From Gemmatimonadota bacterium (GTDB taxonomy: Bacteria; Gemmatimonadota; Gemmatimonadetes; Palauibacterales; Palauibacteraceae), in assembly GCA_965116475.1 (NCBI GenBank), contig OZ220691.1, positions 1,952,001 through 2,016,000 on the forward strand: 64,000 bases of DNA, given 5' to 3'. This document shows, in pieces, positions 36,068-45,997 of the stretch (positions are counted from its first letter, which is position 1; each line of letters begins with the position of its first letter). The position numbers and the translations under genes were made by a program. The notes beneath the pieces were generated by a model. It made no database searches. It saw only the letters and a list, made by a program, of their open reading frames with translations, and had not been told where the DNA came from.

Positions 36068-37189
36068 ATGCGGGTTCCCCCATTCCTTATGGAGCGGTGG
36101 CAGTCGACGTTCGAGCACCGCGTGGACTACAACCTCTCCGAGAGCGGCGTACACCCGCTCACGCTGTCGGAACTGCTGGAACTCATCGACCTGGACCCGG
36201 GCGGCGTCCGTCTGGAGTACGGCCAGAGCGATGGGTCGGACCCGCTCAAGGCCGTCATCGCGGGACTGTACCGGGGGGCGCTCGCCGACAACATCATCGT
36301 CACGACCGGCGGGGCCGAAGCGAACTACGTGGTGCTGTGGAGCCTGGTGTCGGCCGGGGACCGCGTCGTGGCGCTGGAGCCCACCTACGGCCAGACGCCG
36401 GGAATCGCGCGGGGACTCGGCGCGGATGTCGTCTCGTGGCAACTGAGGGAGGATCTCGGCTGGCAGCCCGAGCCGGGAAGTGCGGCCGACGTCATCACGC
36501 CGGGGACGCGTCTCGTCATCGTCACGAACCCCAACAATCCGACGGGAGCGGTCCTCTCGGGCGCGGCCATGGACGAAATCGTCGGCGCCGCCGAGGCGGT
36601 CGGGGCCTGGATTCTGTCGGACGAGGTCTACATCGGGGCGGAGGTCGAGGGCCCGGAGACGCCGAGCTTCTGGGGCCGCTACGACCGGGTGATCGTGACG
36701 GGCTCGCTCTCGAAGGCCTACGCGCTTCCGGGGCTCCGGCTCGGCTGGATCACGGCGCCGGCGCACATGCACGAGGAGTTCTGGAGCCGGAAGGACTACA
36801 CGACGATCACGCCGGCCACCCTGTCGGACGTCGCGGCGCGCCGGGTCCTGAGCGCGGAGGTGCGCCCCCGCCTGCTCGAGAGGACGCGCGGGATCATCCG
36901 CGCCAATCTCTCCCGCGTCACCCGCTGGCTCGATGACCGCGCGGACCTGTTCGCCTACCGGGCGCCGGATGCCGGTGCGATCTGCTACGTGCGCTACGAT
37001 CTCGACATCAACTCCACCGAACTGGCGGAGCGCCTGCGGGCCGAAAAGGGCGTGCTCCTCGTGCCGGGGGATCATTTCGGCATGGATCGCTACCTGCGGA
37101 TCGGCTTCGGAAACCCGGCCGCGGAACTCGACGAGGCGCTCGACCGGGTGGCGGCCCTTCTCGAGGAGGCCTGCGCCACCGCGGCTTGA
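36068..37189 (+). CDS. Aminotransferase class I/II
   Basis: NLSESG, NPNNPTG, DEVY, SLSKAYALPGLRLGW; SD AGGAGG. Confidence 0.93.
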   Translation: MRVPPFLMERWQSTFEHRVDYNLSESGVHPLTLSELLELIDLDPGGVRLEYGQSDGSDPLKAVIAGLYRGALADNIIVTTGGAEANYVVLWSLVSAGDRVVALEPTYGQTPGIARGLGADVVSWQLREDLGWQPEPGSAADVITPGTRLVIVTNPNNPTGAVLSGAAMDEIVGAAEAVGAWILSDEVYIGAEVEGPETPSFWGRYDRVIVTGSLSKAYALPGLRLGWITAPAHMHEEFWSRKDYTTITPATLSDVAARRVLSAEVRPRLLERTRGIIRANLSRVTRWLDDRADLFAYRAPDAGAICYVRYDLDINSTELAERLRAEKGVLLVPGDHFGMDRYLRIGFGNPAAELDEALDRVAALLEEACATAA

Positions 37190-37198
37190 GGTCGTACG

Positions 37199-38695
37199 GT
37201 GTCCGCGACGGTCGAAGTCGAGGTCAAGCTCACCGGGCGTCCCGGGGAGTTGTGCGCGGCTTTCGACGACCTGATCGGTACCAGCCCGGTTCGCCAACGA
37301 CTGCGGACGGTCTACTACGACACCTCGGAGGGCCACCTGCGGCGTCGCGGTTTCGCCCTCAGGATCCGGAGTCGGCCCGGCGTCCGGGAACTGACCCTGA
37401 AGAAGGATGAGGGGGACGGGCTGACCCGTGGCGAGTGGACCTCGCCCCTGCCGTCCACGACCGGGGATGAGGAAACGCCGACGCTCGATCGACTCCCTCC
37501 CGAGGCTCCCGTTGGCGATCTGGGGATCGCGGGCGCCGACGCGCTGAACCCCACCTTTCTCACGGACATCGAGCGCACGAAGAAGGAAGTCCAGGCGGGC
37601 GACGCCATGGTCGAGGTGTCGCTGGACACGGGACGGATCTCGGCCGGCGAGCGTGAGGCGCCGGTAGCCGAACTGGAGCTGGAGCTCCTGAGCGGGTCGG
37701 CGGGAGACATGCTGGCGGGTGCGCGCGCGCTCCTGGAGAAGCGCCGCCTCACCGTCGGGACGCGCTCCAAGGCGGCGAGAGGCAGCGACCTGCTACTGGG
37801 CGCGTCGCCGGCCGCCGTCCGGGCGACCCGGGTGAAACTCGATCCGGCGGATTCGATCGACGAGGCGCTCGCGAAGGTCGTCCGCGCGGCTTCGATCCAC
37901 GTGACGGGGAATCTCGCTCCGGTCGCGGAGGTCGGCGATCCGGAAGGCGTCCACCAACTGCGGGTCTCCCTGCGGCGGCTGCGCTCGGCGCTCCTCTTCC
38001 TCAAGCCCCATCTGGGCTCCCGCGCCGCCGCCCTGAACCGCGAGGCCCGGCGCGCGCTGAAGCGGCTGGGCCCGGCGCGCGACCTCGATGTCTTTCTGCT
38101 CGAAACGCTGCCTCCCGTGATCGATGCGAACCCGGGTGCGTCATCGCTGCCGCGGCTCCGGGACGCCGCCCGGGAACGGCGGGCCGTGGCCTGGGAAGCG
38201 GCGCGGAAGTTGATTCGGGGCCGGCGGTTCAACCGGTTCGTCCTCGATCTGCTCCGGGTGCCGCACCACGGCGGACTCGTCGTGCGGGACGCCGACGAGC
38301 CCCTCCTGGCGACCGCGAGGCGCAGGCTGAACGGGAGATACCGGAGCCTGATGAAGGCGGGGAGCGGCTTCGATCGCCTGAGCGAGCAGGAGCGCCACCG
38401 GGTCAGGATCGCGCTCAAGAAGCTCCGCTACGCGTGCGGCTACTCCCGGACCCTCTTCCCCGGCCCGGCGGTGGACACCTGTCTCCGACGCCTGTCGGCG
38501 CTGCAGGATGACCTGGGCCGGCTGAACGATGCGTCGGTCGCCCGGCTGATCTCGCGAGAACTGGCCGCATCCGATCCGCGCGCGGCCGACGGCGCCTCGC
38601 GGGTCGTCGAATGGTGCGACCGGCGGGCGCGCGAGGCGGAGCCCGGTCTTATTGAATCCTGGCGGACCTTCGCTGCGACGGAACCGTTCTGGTAG
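37199..38695 (+). CDS. CYTH + CHAD domain protein (polyphosphate/triphosphate-related)
   Basis: EVEVKL, YYDT, ELELEL (CYTH); VHQLRVSLRRLRS, RDLDV, HRVRIALKKLRY, QDDLGRLND (CHAD). Confidence 0.92.
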   Translation: MSATVEVEVKLTGRPGELCAAFDDLIGTSPVRQRLRTVYYDTSEGHLRRRGFALRIRSRPGVRELTLKKDEGDGLTRGEWTSPLPSTTGDEETPTLDRLPPEAPVGDLGIAGADALNPTFLTDIERTKKEVQAGDAMVEVSLDTGRISAGEREAPVAELELELLSGSAGDMLAGARALLEKRRLTVGTRSKAARGSDLLLGASPAAVRATRVKLDPADSIDEALAKVVRAASIHVTGNLAPVAEVGDPEGVHQLRVSLRRLRSALLFLKPHLGSRAAALNREARRALKRLGPARDLDVFLLETLPPVIDANPGASSLPRLRDAARERRAVAWEAARKLIRGRRFNRFVLDLLRVPHHGGLVVRDADEPLLATARRRLNGRYRSLMKAGSGFDRLSEQERHRVRIALKKLRYACGYSRTLFPGPAVDTCLRRLSALQDDLGRLNDASVARLISRELAASDPRAADGASRVVEWCDRRAREAEPGLIESWRTFAATEPFW

Positions 38696-38734
38696 CTCGG
38701 CCGCGCGGCTGGCCTCCCGGCGGCTCGGTATCCC

Positions 38735-39988
38735 TCAGTGGACGACGCGGGGTCCGAGCGAGCGGCGGTGACTGCGGACGCCGCGCGCGAAGAGGAGCAG
38801 CGTGAGCAGGAGCGCGGCCCCGCCGATCAGGAGCCGCACCGGATTGTCCGAGACGCGGTTGCCGGGGCTGTCGAGCAGGGCGTCGAAGAGCGTCGGCGGA
38901 TCGTACAGGACCCCGCCCTTGCCCACGCGGGACACCGTCTGCGTGAGCGAAACATCCAGGCGCGGATCGCTCTCGAGAATGAGAAAGTCGCCCAGCTTGC
39001 CCGGCTCCAGCGTACCCCGGGAGTCGTCGAGTCCCAGGTGGCGGGCCGCCTCGCGCGTGGCCGCGTAGAGCGCGTCCTCCGCCGTCAGTCCGGCCGTGAC
39101 GAGCGCGTCCATCTCCTCGTGCAGCGCCAGCCCCGGCGCGAGCGCGCCGTTCGTGGCCGTGGAGACGGATCCTCCGGCGGCGTGGAATTCCCGCACGAAC
39201 TCGCGGAGCACCTCCAGCGCCGCTCCCAACCGTTCCGCCTCGGCGGGCGTTCGGTCGGGGAGGAGCCGGTCCTGGATGCGCTCCGTGACCATCGCGTACT
39301 CGACAAGGGGGTTCATCCCGTGCGGGAGCCGGTAGGGCGCCGCCCATCGTTCCTGCTCCAGGAGGCGCGGCGCGAACGCGGCGCCCCGGGCTCCCATCGC
39401 GCGGGCGGAGTCCAGCAGCGCATCCCGGTCGGCGAGCGCCGGCCGCGACCGCGCGTAGAGCTGGAGATCTCGCGGCTCGCGGCCCGGCGGCCCGGCGTCG
39501 AGCGGGATCGTCGCCGCGACGACCTGGCCGAAGAGACCGAGCGGGTACGGCGGTTCCTCCACGGGCGTTGCCGGCCGCGGCGCGGGGATGCGCGCGTCAT
39601 CGCTGCCCGATGGCGGCAGCGGCTCCCCTTCGGGCCCCTCCGGAATCTCCGGGACGGCCGCCGTCGTGACGCCGAGCAGAAAGGCCAGGTAGGCGGCCTG
39701 CTCGTTGCTCGGCACCTCCGCGGCCTCCTTCACGTCGATCAGCCCCGGCACCACCCAGAAGCCGTCCGCGTCGAGCACCTCCACGCCCGCCGGTCCGTCG
39801 CAGTCGGCCGGCGCGCCCACGCACGTCACCCGGCCGTCGACCACGACGAGCCGCCCGCCCGGCCACACCGCCCCGGTGCCGTCGATGATGTTCCCGTTGT
39901 CGACCACGATCGATCCGGGCCCGCCGCACGCCGCGACGCCGACCAGAAGGGCGGCTGCCAGCCCCGAACAGCGTTTCATTCCCGTCAT
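38735..39988 (-). CDS. Amidohydrolase-fold lipoprotein with degenerate metal motif and C-terminal TM helix
   Basis: VAAC lipobox; IIDGTG, VVPGLIDVKE, ATREAARHLG...GTLEPGKLGDF; ATGA overlap with hisN. Confidence 0.8.
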   Translation of the reverse strand: MTGMKRCSGLAAALLVGVAACGGPGSIVVDNGNIIDGTGAVWPGGRLVVVDGRVTCVGAPADCDGPAGVEVLDADGFWVVPGLIDVKEAAEVPSNEQAAYLAFLLGVTTAAVPEIPEGPEGEPLPPSGSDDARIPAPRPATPVEEPPYPLGLFGQVVAATIPLDAGPPGREPRDLQLYARSRPALADRDALLDSARAMGARGAAFAPRLLEQERWAAPYRLPHGMNPLVEYAMVTERIQDRLLPDRTPAEAERLGAALEVLREFVREFHAAGGSVSTATNGALAPGLALHEEMDALVTAGLTAEDALYAATREAARHLGLDDSRGTLEPGKLGDFLILESDPRLDVSLTQTVSRVGKGGVLYDPPTLFDALLDSPGNRVSDNPVRLLIGGAALLLTLLLFARGVRSHRRSLGPRVVH

Positions 39989-40800
39989 GACGTTCCAGCT
40001 CCGTTCAGGATCTCCATCGCCTCCCTGTGGAGCGCCGGCGCGGCCGCCACCGTCGACGCGCCACCGATGGGGTCGTCCCCTTCCCAGGTCGTGATCACGC
40101 CGCCCGCGCCCCTGATGACCGGGACCAGCGCCGCAATGTCCCAGGGATGCATGATGGGATCGAGCATGATGTCGCCTCGCCCGGTCGCGACCATGAGATA
40201 TCCGTAACAGTCGCCCCAGCCACGGTACAGCGCCGCTCTCGACCACAGCGCCTCGAACCCCGCGAGGTTCCGGTGCCGGCCGACCGCCCCCGGATCCGTC
40301 GTCAGGAGCAGTGCCTCCGACAACGCGCGGTCTTCGCGCACCCGTACCGCCTTCCCGTTGAAGGTCGTCCCCGATGCGGTGCCGATGGCAAGCTCGCGCG
40401 TGATCGGCTGGTGGATCACCCCCAGGATCGGCTCTCCGTCGCGCAGCAGCCCGATGAGCGTACCGAACAGCGGGACGCCCGCGACGAAGGAGATCGTCCC
40501 GTCGATCGGATCCAGCACCCACACGTATTCCGCGTCGTCGTTCTGCGGGCCGAACTCCTCGCCCACGATGCCGTGGTCGGGAAAGCGCTCCAGGATCCGG
40601 TCGCGGAGGAGCGTCTCGGCGTAGCGATCCGCCACGGTGACGGGCGACGCGTCCGCCTTGGACTCCACGGCCAGGTCGGGATGGCGGAACATGCCCGCGA
40701 TCGCCCGGCCGGATTCCTCGGCCAGCTCCGCCGCGAAGTCTCTCAGCGAATCGGGGTCCACCTCTCCTCCGGTTTCGAGTTTGAGCGCAATCCGGCCCAC
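39985..40800 (-). CDS. hisN: Histidinol-phosphatase / inositol monophosphatase family
   Basis: KADASPVTVADR, GEEFG, WVLDPIDGT, WGDCYGY, WDIAA. Start uncertain. Confidence 0.85.
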   Translation of the reverse strand: MGRIALKLETGGEVDPDSLRDFAAELAEESGRAIAGMFRHPDLAVESKADASPVTVADRYAETLLRDRILERFPDHGIVGEEFGPQNDDAEYVWVLDPIDGTISFVAGVPLFGTLIGLLRDGEPILGVIHQPITRELAIGTASGTTFNGKAVRVREDRALSEALLLTTDPGAVGRHRNLAGFEALWSRAALYRGWGDCYGYLMVATGRGDIMLDPIMHPWDIAALVPVIRGAGGVITTWEGDDPIGGASTVAAAPALHREAMEILNGAGTS

Positions 40801-40842
40801 AGGTTAGTGTCGCGTCCGGGACACTACACTAGGTTCCCGGTC

Positions 40843-41829
40843 ATGCTCAGGCTTCATCCGTACGAATACCACATGCCGCGCGCGCTCGACGAGGCGCTGT
40901 CGCTGCTCGCCGCCCACGGCGACGACGCGATGCCCATCGCCGGCGGGACCGACCTCGTCCCCAACATGAAGCACGGGCTGTTCACGCCCGGCCACCTCGT
41001 CGCCCTCAGCCGCGTCCGGGAGATGCGCGGGATCGCCGCCACCGGGGAAGAGATCCGCATCGGTGCAGCCGAGACGCTGACGTCGGTCGCGACCCACCCG
41101 GACGTCCTCGCGCGGATCCCCAGCCTGGCCCGCGCCGCCGAACTCGTGTCGGGTCCGCAATTGCGGCGGGTCGGCACCATCGGCGGCAACGTCTGCCTCG
41201 ACACGCGGTGCGCGTACTACAACCAGACGAGGTTCTGGCGGAAGGCGCTCGGTTACTGCCTGAAGAAGGACGGCGACGTCTGCCACGTCGTGAAGGGCGG
41301 CACCCGCTGCGTCGCGGCGCACTCGGCCGACACGCCGCCCGTGCTCTCGGTGCTCGATGCGGTCCTCGAAGTCGCGGACGAGAACGGGACGCGCGACGTG
41401 CCGATCCGGCGCTTCTTCACATCCGACGGGATCTGGAACCGATCCATCGGGAGAAGCGAACTCGTCGTCGCGATCCGCATTCCGCAGCCGCCAGCGGGTA
41501 CGCGGGTCGCGTTTCAGAAACTCCGGCCGCGCGCCGCGATCGATTTCCCGCTGGCCAACCTCGCGGTGCGCGTCGGACGCGACGACGACGGCCGCGTGTC
41601 CGATTTCCGCCTCGTCGTTTCCGCGATGGGCGCCTACCCCCGCCACGTGGGCAAGGTCGAGGACGCCGCCCTCGGGAACCGCCTCGGTACCGGCGTGATC
41701 GAGGCCGTGGCCGAGCAGGCGTTCCGCCAGTGCCACCCGCTCTCCAACATCACGGTCGACCCGGAATGGCGCCGCGCCATGATCCCCGTCCTCGTCCGCC
41801 GCGCCCTCAACGAGATCGCCGCCGCCTGA
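40843..41829 (+). CDS. FAD-binding subunit of a xanthine-dehydrogenase-family enzyme, HcrB-like with 4Fe-4S insert
   Basis: AGGTDL, GTIGGNVCLDTRCAYYNQ...CLKKDGDVCHV...RCVA. Confidence 0.9.
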   Translation: MLRLHPYEYHMPRALDEALSLLAAHGDDAMPIAGGTDLVPNMKHGLFTPGHLVALSRVREMRGIAATGEEIRIGAAETLTSVATHPDVLARIPSLARAAELVSGPQLRRVGTIGGNVCLDTRCAYYNQTRFWRKALGYCLKKDGDVCHVVKGGTRCVAAHSADTPPVLSVLDAVLEVADENGTRDVPIRRFFTSDGIWNRSIGRSELVVAIRIPQPPAGTRVAFQKLRPRAAIDFPLANLAVRVGRDDDGRVSDFRLVVSAMGAYPRHVGKVEDAALGNRLGTGVIEAVAEQAFRQCHPLSNITVDPEWRRAMIPVLVRRALNEIAAA

Positions 41830-41898
41830 AGAGCAGGCGAAGCTCAGCAGGCGAGACTCAGCAGGCGAGACTCAGCAGGCGAGACTCAGTAGGCGAAG
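41829..41898. repeat. 14-bp tandem repeat (CTCAGCAGGCGAGA): 3 perfect and 2 variant units
   Basis: Read directly; the last unit contains the stop of the convergent gene. Confidence 0.92.
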
Positions 41899-43034
41899 AG
41901 GTCGGCGAGGGGGACGTAGGCCTCGCCGGCGAAGGCGAGCACATCGTCGATGCCGAACAGGATCTCATCGAGCGCCGCGAGTTCCGAGTCGGTGAATCCC
42001 TGCCCCGCGGCATCGATGAAGACGGGCGCTTCAACGGTGCCCTCCACCAGAGCCTCCACGCGCCCCGCCTGGCGGATCTCGCCCTCCTGCGCCCCGTTCA
42101 CGACGGCGAGGTCGACGAGCGTCCGCCCGGCCGAGCCATCGATGTCCATGCGGAAGAGGAGAGCCGCGTGCGATCCGTCCGCCGACAGATCGCCGCCCAC
42201 CCGCAACCGTACCTCGGTCCCCTCGGCGGAGAGCACGCGGTGCGTGGACGTGACATGGGTCATCCCCGCCGCGTCATCGAACTCAAGCAACTCGTCGAGT
42301 TCGAAGTCAAAGCGCCCGTTCTGGTCTTCCGCGAACCCCTCGGCGAGCAGGCTCACCGACACCCCGTTCGCGTCGGACGCGAAGGCGCCGTCCACGAGGT
42401 AGTCGGCGACGCGCCGGGTTCCGCCCCCGCTCGTATCGAAGGCCTGGATCCGCAGCCGCGCGGACACCGCGTCGCTCTCGTCCATGAGATCCACGAACCC
42501 GAACGGCCGCAGCGGAAGCGCGGGCAGACCGGACGCAAGATCGACCACGTACAGCTCGAACCGGACCCCGTTTTCCGGACCGCCGTCCCCGAGCTCGACA
42601 TACGCGTCGATGGACGCGTCGAAGATGAACTCCTTGCCGAGCACGTTGATCGGGAAGAGCGGGGTCTGCCCGCCCCGCGCGCGGCTCGCGGCCACGTTCG
42701 CCACCGCCCGTTCGAGCGAACGCGGCTTGAGCGCGCGGAGGAGGTCGACCCGGTCGGACGAGCCGCGGAGTTGTGAGTGGGCCACGCGATTCGCCGGGGG
42801 CGCGGACAGCCCGAGCACCTCGGCGATCATCCGCACCTGCGCCACGATCGCGTTGTCCGCGGCGAACCGGAGCGAGTAGATGGAGTTCGCCGCCAGCTCC
42901 GGATCGAAGGGGGGATCGGGCAGCGGCGGTCCGACGATGCCCCGTTCTTCCCCACAACCCGCGGCCGCCAGTACGAACAGCCCAGCCACCAGGACACGAC
43001 ACCTTCCCACCAGGGCACGACATCTTCCCGCCAC
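41886..43034 (-). CDS. Hypothetical lipoprotein
   Basis: GTG 43034 after a GAGGGAGG SD; AAAGC lipobox; beta-rich acidic body; host-like codon bias. Confidence 0.75.
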   Translation of the reverse strand: MAGRCRALVGRCRVLVAGLFVLAAAGCGEERGIVGPPLPDPPFDPELAANSIYSLRFAADNAIVAQVRMIAEVLGLSAPPANRVAHSQLRGSSDRVDLLRALKPRSLERAVANVAASRARGGQTPLFPINVLGKEFIFDASIDAYVELGDGGPENGVRFELYVVDLASGLPALPLRPFGFVDLMDESDAVSARLRIQAFDTSGGGTRRVADYLVDGAFASDANGVSVSLLAEGFAEDQNGRFDFELDELLEFDDAAGMTHVTSTHRVLSAEGTEVRLRVGGDLSADGSHAALLFRMDIDGSAGRTLVDLAVVNGAQEGEIRQAGRVEALVEGTVEAPVFIDAAGQGFTDSELAALDEILFGIDDVLAFAGEAYVPLADLFAY

Positions 43035-43281
43035 TGCGATCCCTCCCTCATGGTTGAAGCCACGGTTGATGCGATTCGACAGAAGAAAGACGAGACGGGT
43101 GGGGAGCAGGTCACCGGCACGGGGGAGCACGGGGAACACGGGGCGAGTACGGGGAGCACGCGGGCGGCGGAAGCGGCTGGTCACGGTCCCCACCGCGCGC
43201 ATACCTTGGCGAAGCGTTCAAGAATCCGGCATTCGTCACTACGGCCCCCGACCCGGGGGCTCTTGATTCCGAGGAGGTAGG

Positions 43282-43893
43282 ATGCACGCCTTGCCCGACC
43301 TGCCGTATGCCCACGACGCGCTCGAACCGACGATCGACGCGCGCACGATGGAGATCCACCACGGCAAGCATCACCAGGTGTACGTGAACATGCTCAACGG
43401 CGCGCTCGAGGGTCACGACGACCTCGCGGGCCTCTCCCTGGAGGCCCTCCTGCGCGGCATCGCCGACGTGCCCGAGTCCATCCGCGGCGCGGTCAGGAAC
43501 CACGGCGGCGGACACGCGAACCACTCGCTGTTCTGGACTTCGATGTCTCCGGACGGGGGCGGGAGTCCGTCCGGCGACCTCGCGGCCGCCATCGACGGCG
43601 CCTGCGGTTCCTTCGACGACTTCAAGGCGGCGTTCCAGCAGGCGGGGCTCACCCGCTTCGGCAGCGGCTGGGCATGGCTCGTGGCCGGGAGCGGAGGCGA
43701 ACTCTCGGTGTACTCCACCGCGAACCAGGACAGCCCGCTGATGCAGGGAGACACGCCGCTCCTGGGCGTGGATGTGTGGGAGCACGCGTACTACCTGAAC
43801 TACCAGAATCGCCGGGCGGACTACCTCGCCGCCTTCTGGGACGTGGTGGACTGGGCCGCCGTGGCCGCCCGCCACGCCGCCGCCACCGGCTGA
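43282..43893 (+). CDS. sodA: Superoxide dismutase, Fe/Mn family (Mn-type residues)
   Basis: [35 protein letters not shown]. Confidence 0.95.
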   Translation: MHALPDLPYAHDALEPTIDARTMEIHHGKHHQVYVNMLNGALEGHDDLAGLSLEALLRGIADVPESIRGAVRNHGGGHANHSLFWTSMSPDGGGSPSGDLAAAIDGACGSFDDFKAAFQQAGLTRFGSGWAWLVAGSGGELSVYSTANQDSPLMQGDTPLLGVDVWEHAYYLNYQNRRADYLAAFWDVVDWAAVAARHAAATG

Positions 43894-43896
43894 CCG

Positions 43897-43926
43897 CCCC
43901 GAAACCGCAGCGGCCCGGCTTCGGGG
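43897..43926. terminator. Hairpin between convergent sodA and pfkA
   Basis: CCCCGAAACCG...CGGCTTCGGGG stem with one mismatch. Confidence 0.5.
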
Positions 43927-45063
43927 TCAGTCGCCGAGGCTGACCCCGATCGCCTGGGCGGTCATCACGATGTCGCCGTCGACCGGCACCAGCTTGGGAT
44001 CGGCGAGCGCCTCGGCCAGCGGGATCGCCCGTACCAGCGGCGGGTCGAGCGCGACCATCGTCCCGAATCGGCCGCGGGCCACGCACCGCACGGCGGCGGC
44101 GCCGAAGCGCAGCGACATGACGCGGTCGTAGGAGGTCGGCGTGCCGCCGCGCTGCAAGTGGCCCAGCGTCAGCGACCGCGTCTCCTTCCCCGTGCGCCGG
44201 GCAATCTCGCGCGCCACCATGTCGCCCAGCCCGCCCAGCCGCTCCTGGTCTTCCCCGCCACCGTGGACGGTCTTCGTGACCATCTCGCCGCCGCCGGGCG
44301 ACGCGCCCTCCGCCACGCAGACGATGCTGAACTCGCGCCCCGCGGCCTCACGCTCCCGGATCTTGTCGCACACTCTCTCGATGTCGAACGGAATCTCGGG
44401 GATGAGGATGACGTCGGCCGAGCCGGCCAGCCCGCTGTAGAGCGCGATCCATCCGGCGTCCCGTCCCATGACTTCCACCACCATCACGCGGCGGTGGCTC
44501 TCCGCCGTCGAGTGGAGCTTTCCGATCGCGTCGGTCGCCGTCTCGACCGCCGTCAGAAACCCGAACGTCAGGCTGGTTCCGCAGAGGTCGTTGTCGATCG
44601 TCTTCGGCACGCCGACCACCGGAAGCCCGCGCTTCGACAGCCGGTGCGCGAGGTGGAGACTGCCGTCCCCGCCGATCGCGATCAGCGCGTCGATACCGTG
44701 CTGCCGCAGGCTCTCGATGACCTCGCCGGACCGGTCGCGCTCCTCGATCGAACCGTCCGGCAGGCGCACCGGCCACGCAAACGGATCCGAGCGGTTGGTC
44801 GTCCCCAGAATCGTCCCGCCGCGGTGCGTGATCCCCCGCACTTCATCGCTCCCCAGCGGAATCACCTGCCCGGGATCGTCCGCCAGCAGCCCACCATAGC
44901 CGTTCTCGATGCCCACCACGCTCCAGCCACGGCGGCGGGCGCTCAACACGATGGCCCGGATCACCGCGTTCAGGCCCGGCGCGTCGCCGCCGCCGGTGTT
45001 GATCGCGATCTTCTTGATCGCTCCCGCTCCCCCGCCGCCGGGTGTCGCTTTTCGCTCGTTCAT
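43927..45063 (-). CDS. pfkA: 6-phosphofructokinase
   Basis: TGGGDAPGLN, GGDGS, PKTIDND, EVMGR, GHLQRGG. Confidence 0.95.
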   Translation of the reverse strand: MNERKATPGGGGAGAIKKIAINTGGGDAPGLNAVIRAIVLSARRRGWSVVGIENGYGGLLADDPGQVIPLGSDEVRGITHRGGTILGTTNRSDPFAWPVRLPDGSIEERDRSGEVIESLRQHGIDALIAIGGDGSLHLAHRLSKRGLPVVGVPKTIDNDLCGTSLTFGFLTAVETATDAIGKLHSTAESHRRVMVVEVMGRDAGWIALYSGLAGSADVILIPEIPFDIERVCDKIREREAAGREFSIVCVAEGASPGGGEMVTKTVHGGGEDQERLGGLGDMVAREIARRTGKETRSLTLGHLQRGGTPTSYDRVMSLRFGAAAVRCVARGRFGTMVALDPPLVRAIPLAEALADPKLVPVDGDIVMTAQAIGVSLGD

Positions 45064-45084
45064 GGCCCGATAATCGGCCTCGCA

Positions 45085-45255
45085 GCAGCGCGTGGCAAAA
45101 CCCCGCGTTAGCGCCGAGAGCGGTGGAGCGCTCGCCTGACAAGGAGCGACGAGGGAGAATAGCAGCGCTATTTGACCGAGGAGCGACGCAGAGCGTAGCG
45201 GTTCAGGCGAGATGCAGCGCCGCTCGAACGCAGCGGGGCTTTTGCCGCGCGCTGC
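45085..45255. mobile_element. Second MITE-like copy, inverted relative to 35146-35319
   Basis: GCAGCGCGTGGCAAAACCCCGC...GCGGGGCTTTTGCCGCGCGCTGC; the reverse complement aligns along its whole length (about 90% by eye). Confidence 0.85.
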
Positions 45256-45297
45256 AGGGGTTGACGCTACGGCCGCGGGTCGGCACCCTCGCTCCCC

Positions 45298-45978
45298 ATG
45301 TCACCGCCCCGCCCGCTGGAAACGATCCTGTTCGATCTCGACGGGACTCTCGTGGACTCGACCCACCTCATCGCGGAGTCCTGGCGCCATACGATGCGGA
45401 CCCACTTCGAGGACCCGCCTCCGGACGAGGTGTGGCTGAGTACGCTGGGGCAGCCGCTGCGGACCCAACTCGGCTATCTGGTGGACTCGGCCGAGGAAGT
45501 TCAGGCCATGGTCGACACCTACATCGACCACAACTTCCGGGAACACGAACGGCTCATCCGTTCATTCCCCGGCGTCCGCGAGACCGTCGGGCGGCTGCGC
45601 GCGAAAGGGGTGCGGCTCGGCGTGGTCACGAGCAAGGCGAGCGCCGGAACGGCCCGAAGTCTGGCCGCTTGCACGCTGGATCAGGCGCTCTTCGACGTGA
45701 TCGTCACGTCCGACGAGCCGGTACCGCACAAGCCCGACCCGGCCCCAATCCGCCTGGCCCTCGAACGGCTGGAAGCCGCCGCCGAGACCGCCGCCTACGT
45801 GGGGGATTCCGTATGGGACATGCGGGCGGGGCACGCGGCCGGCGTGACGACGATCGCCGCGCTCTGGGGCCCGTTCCCGGAGCGCGTGCTCGCCCTCGAA
45901 CGCCCCCACATCATGCTCGACGCGATCGAGGACATCGTCCGCTACGTCGTCGCGGCCGAGCCGCCGCCGCCCGCCTGA
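45298..45978 (+). CDS. HAD-superfamily hydrolase (PpaX-like)
   Basis: FDLDGTLVDS, VVTSK, KPDP, YVGDS..D. Confidence 0.92.
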   Translation: MSPPRPLETILFDLDGTLVDSTHLIAESWRHTMRTHFEDPPPDEVWLSTLGQPLRTQLGYLVDSAEEVQAMVDTYIDHNFREHERLIRSFPGVRETVGRLRAKGVRLGVVTSKASAGTARSLAACTLDQALFDVIVTSDEPVPHKPDPAPIRLALERLEAAAETAAYVGDSVWDMRAGHAAGVTTIAALWGPFPERVLALERPHIMLDAIEDIVRYVVAAEPPPPA

Positions 45979-45997
45979 CGGATTCGCGCGCGGGCGG

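Noticed and set aside
41829..41898. Possible CRISPR array
   Set aside because: 14-bp units with no spacers and no cas genes; a simple tandem repeat. The same applies to 7307-7346 and 26799-26837.
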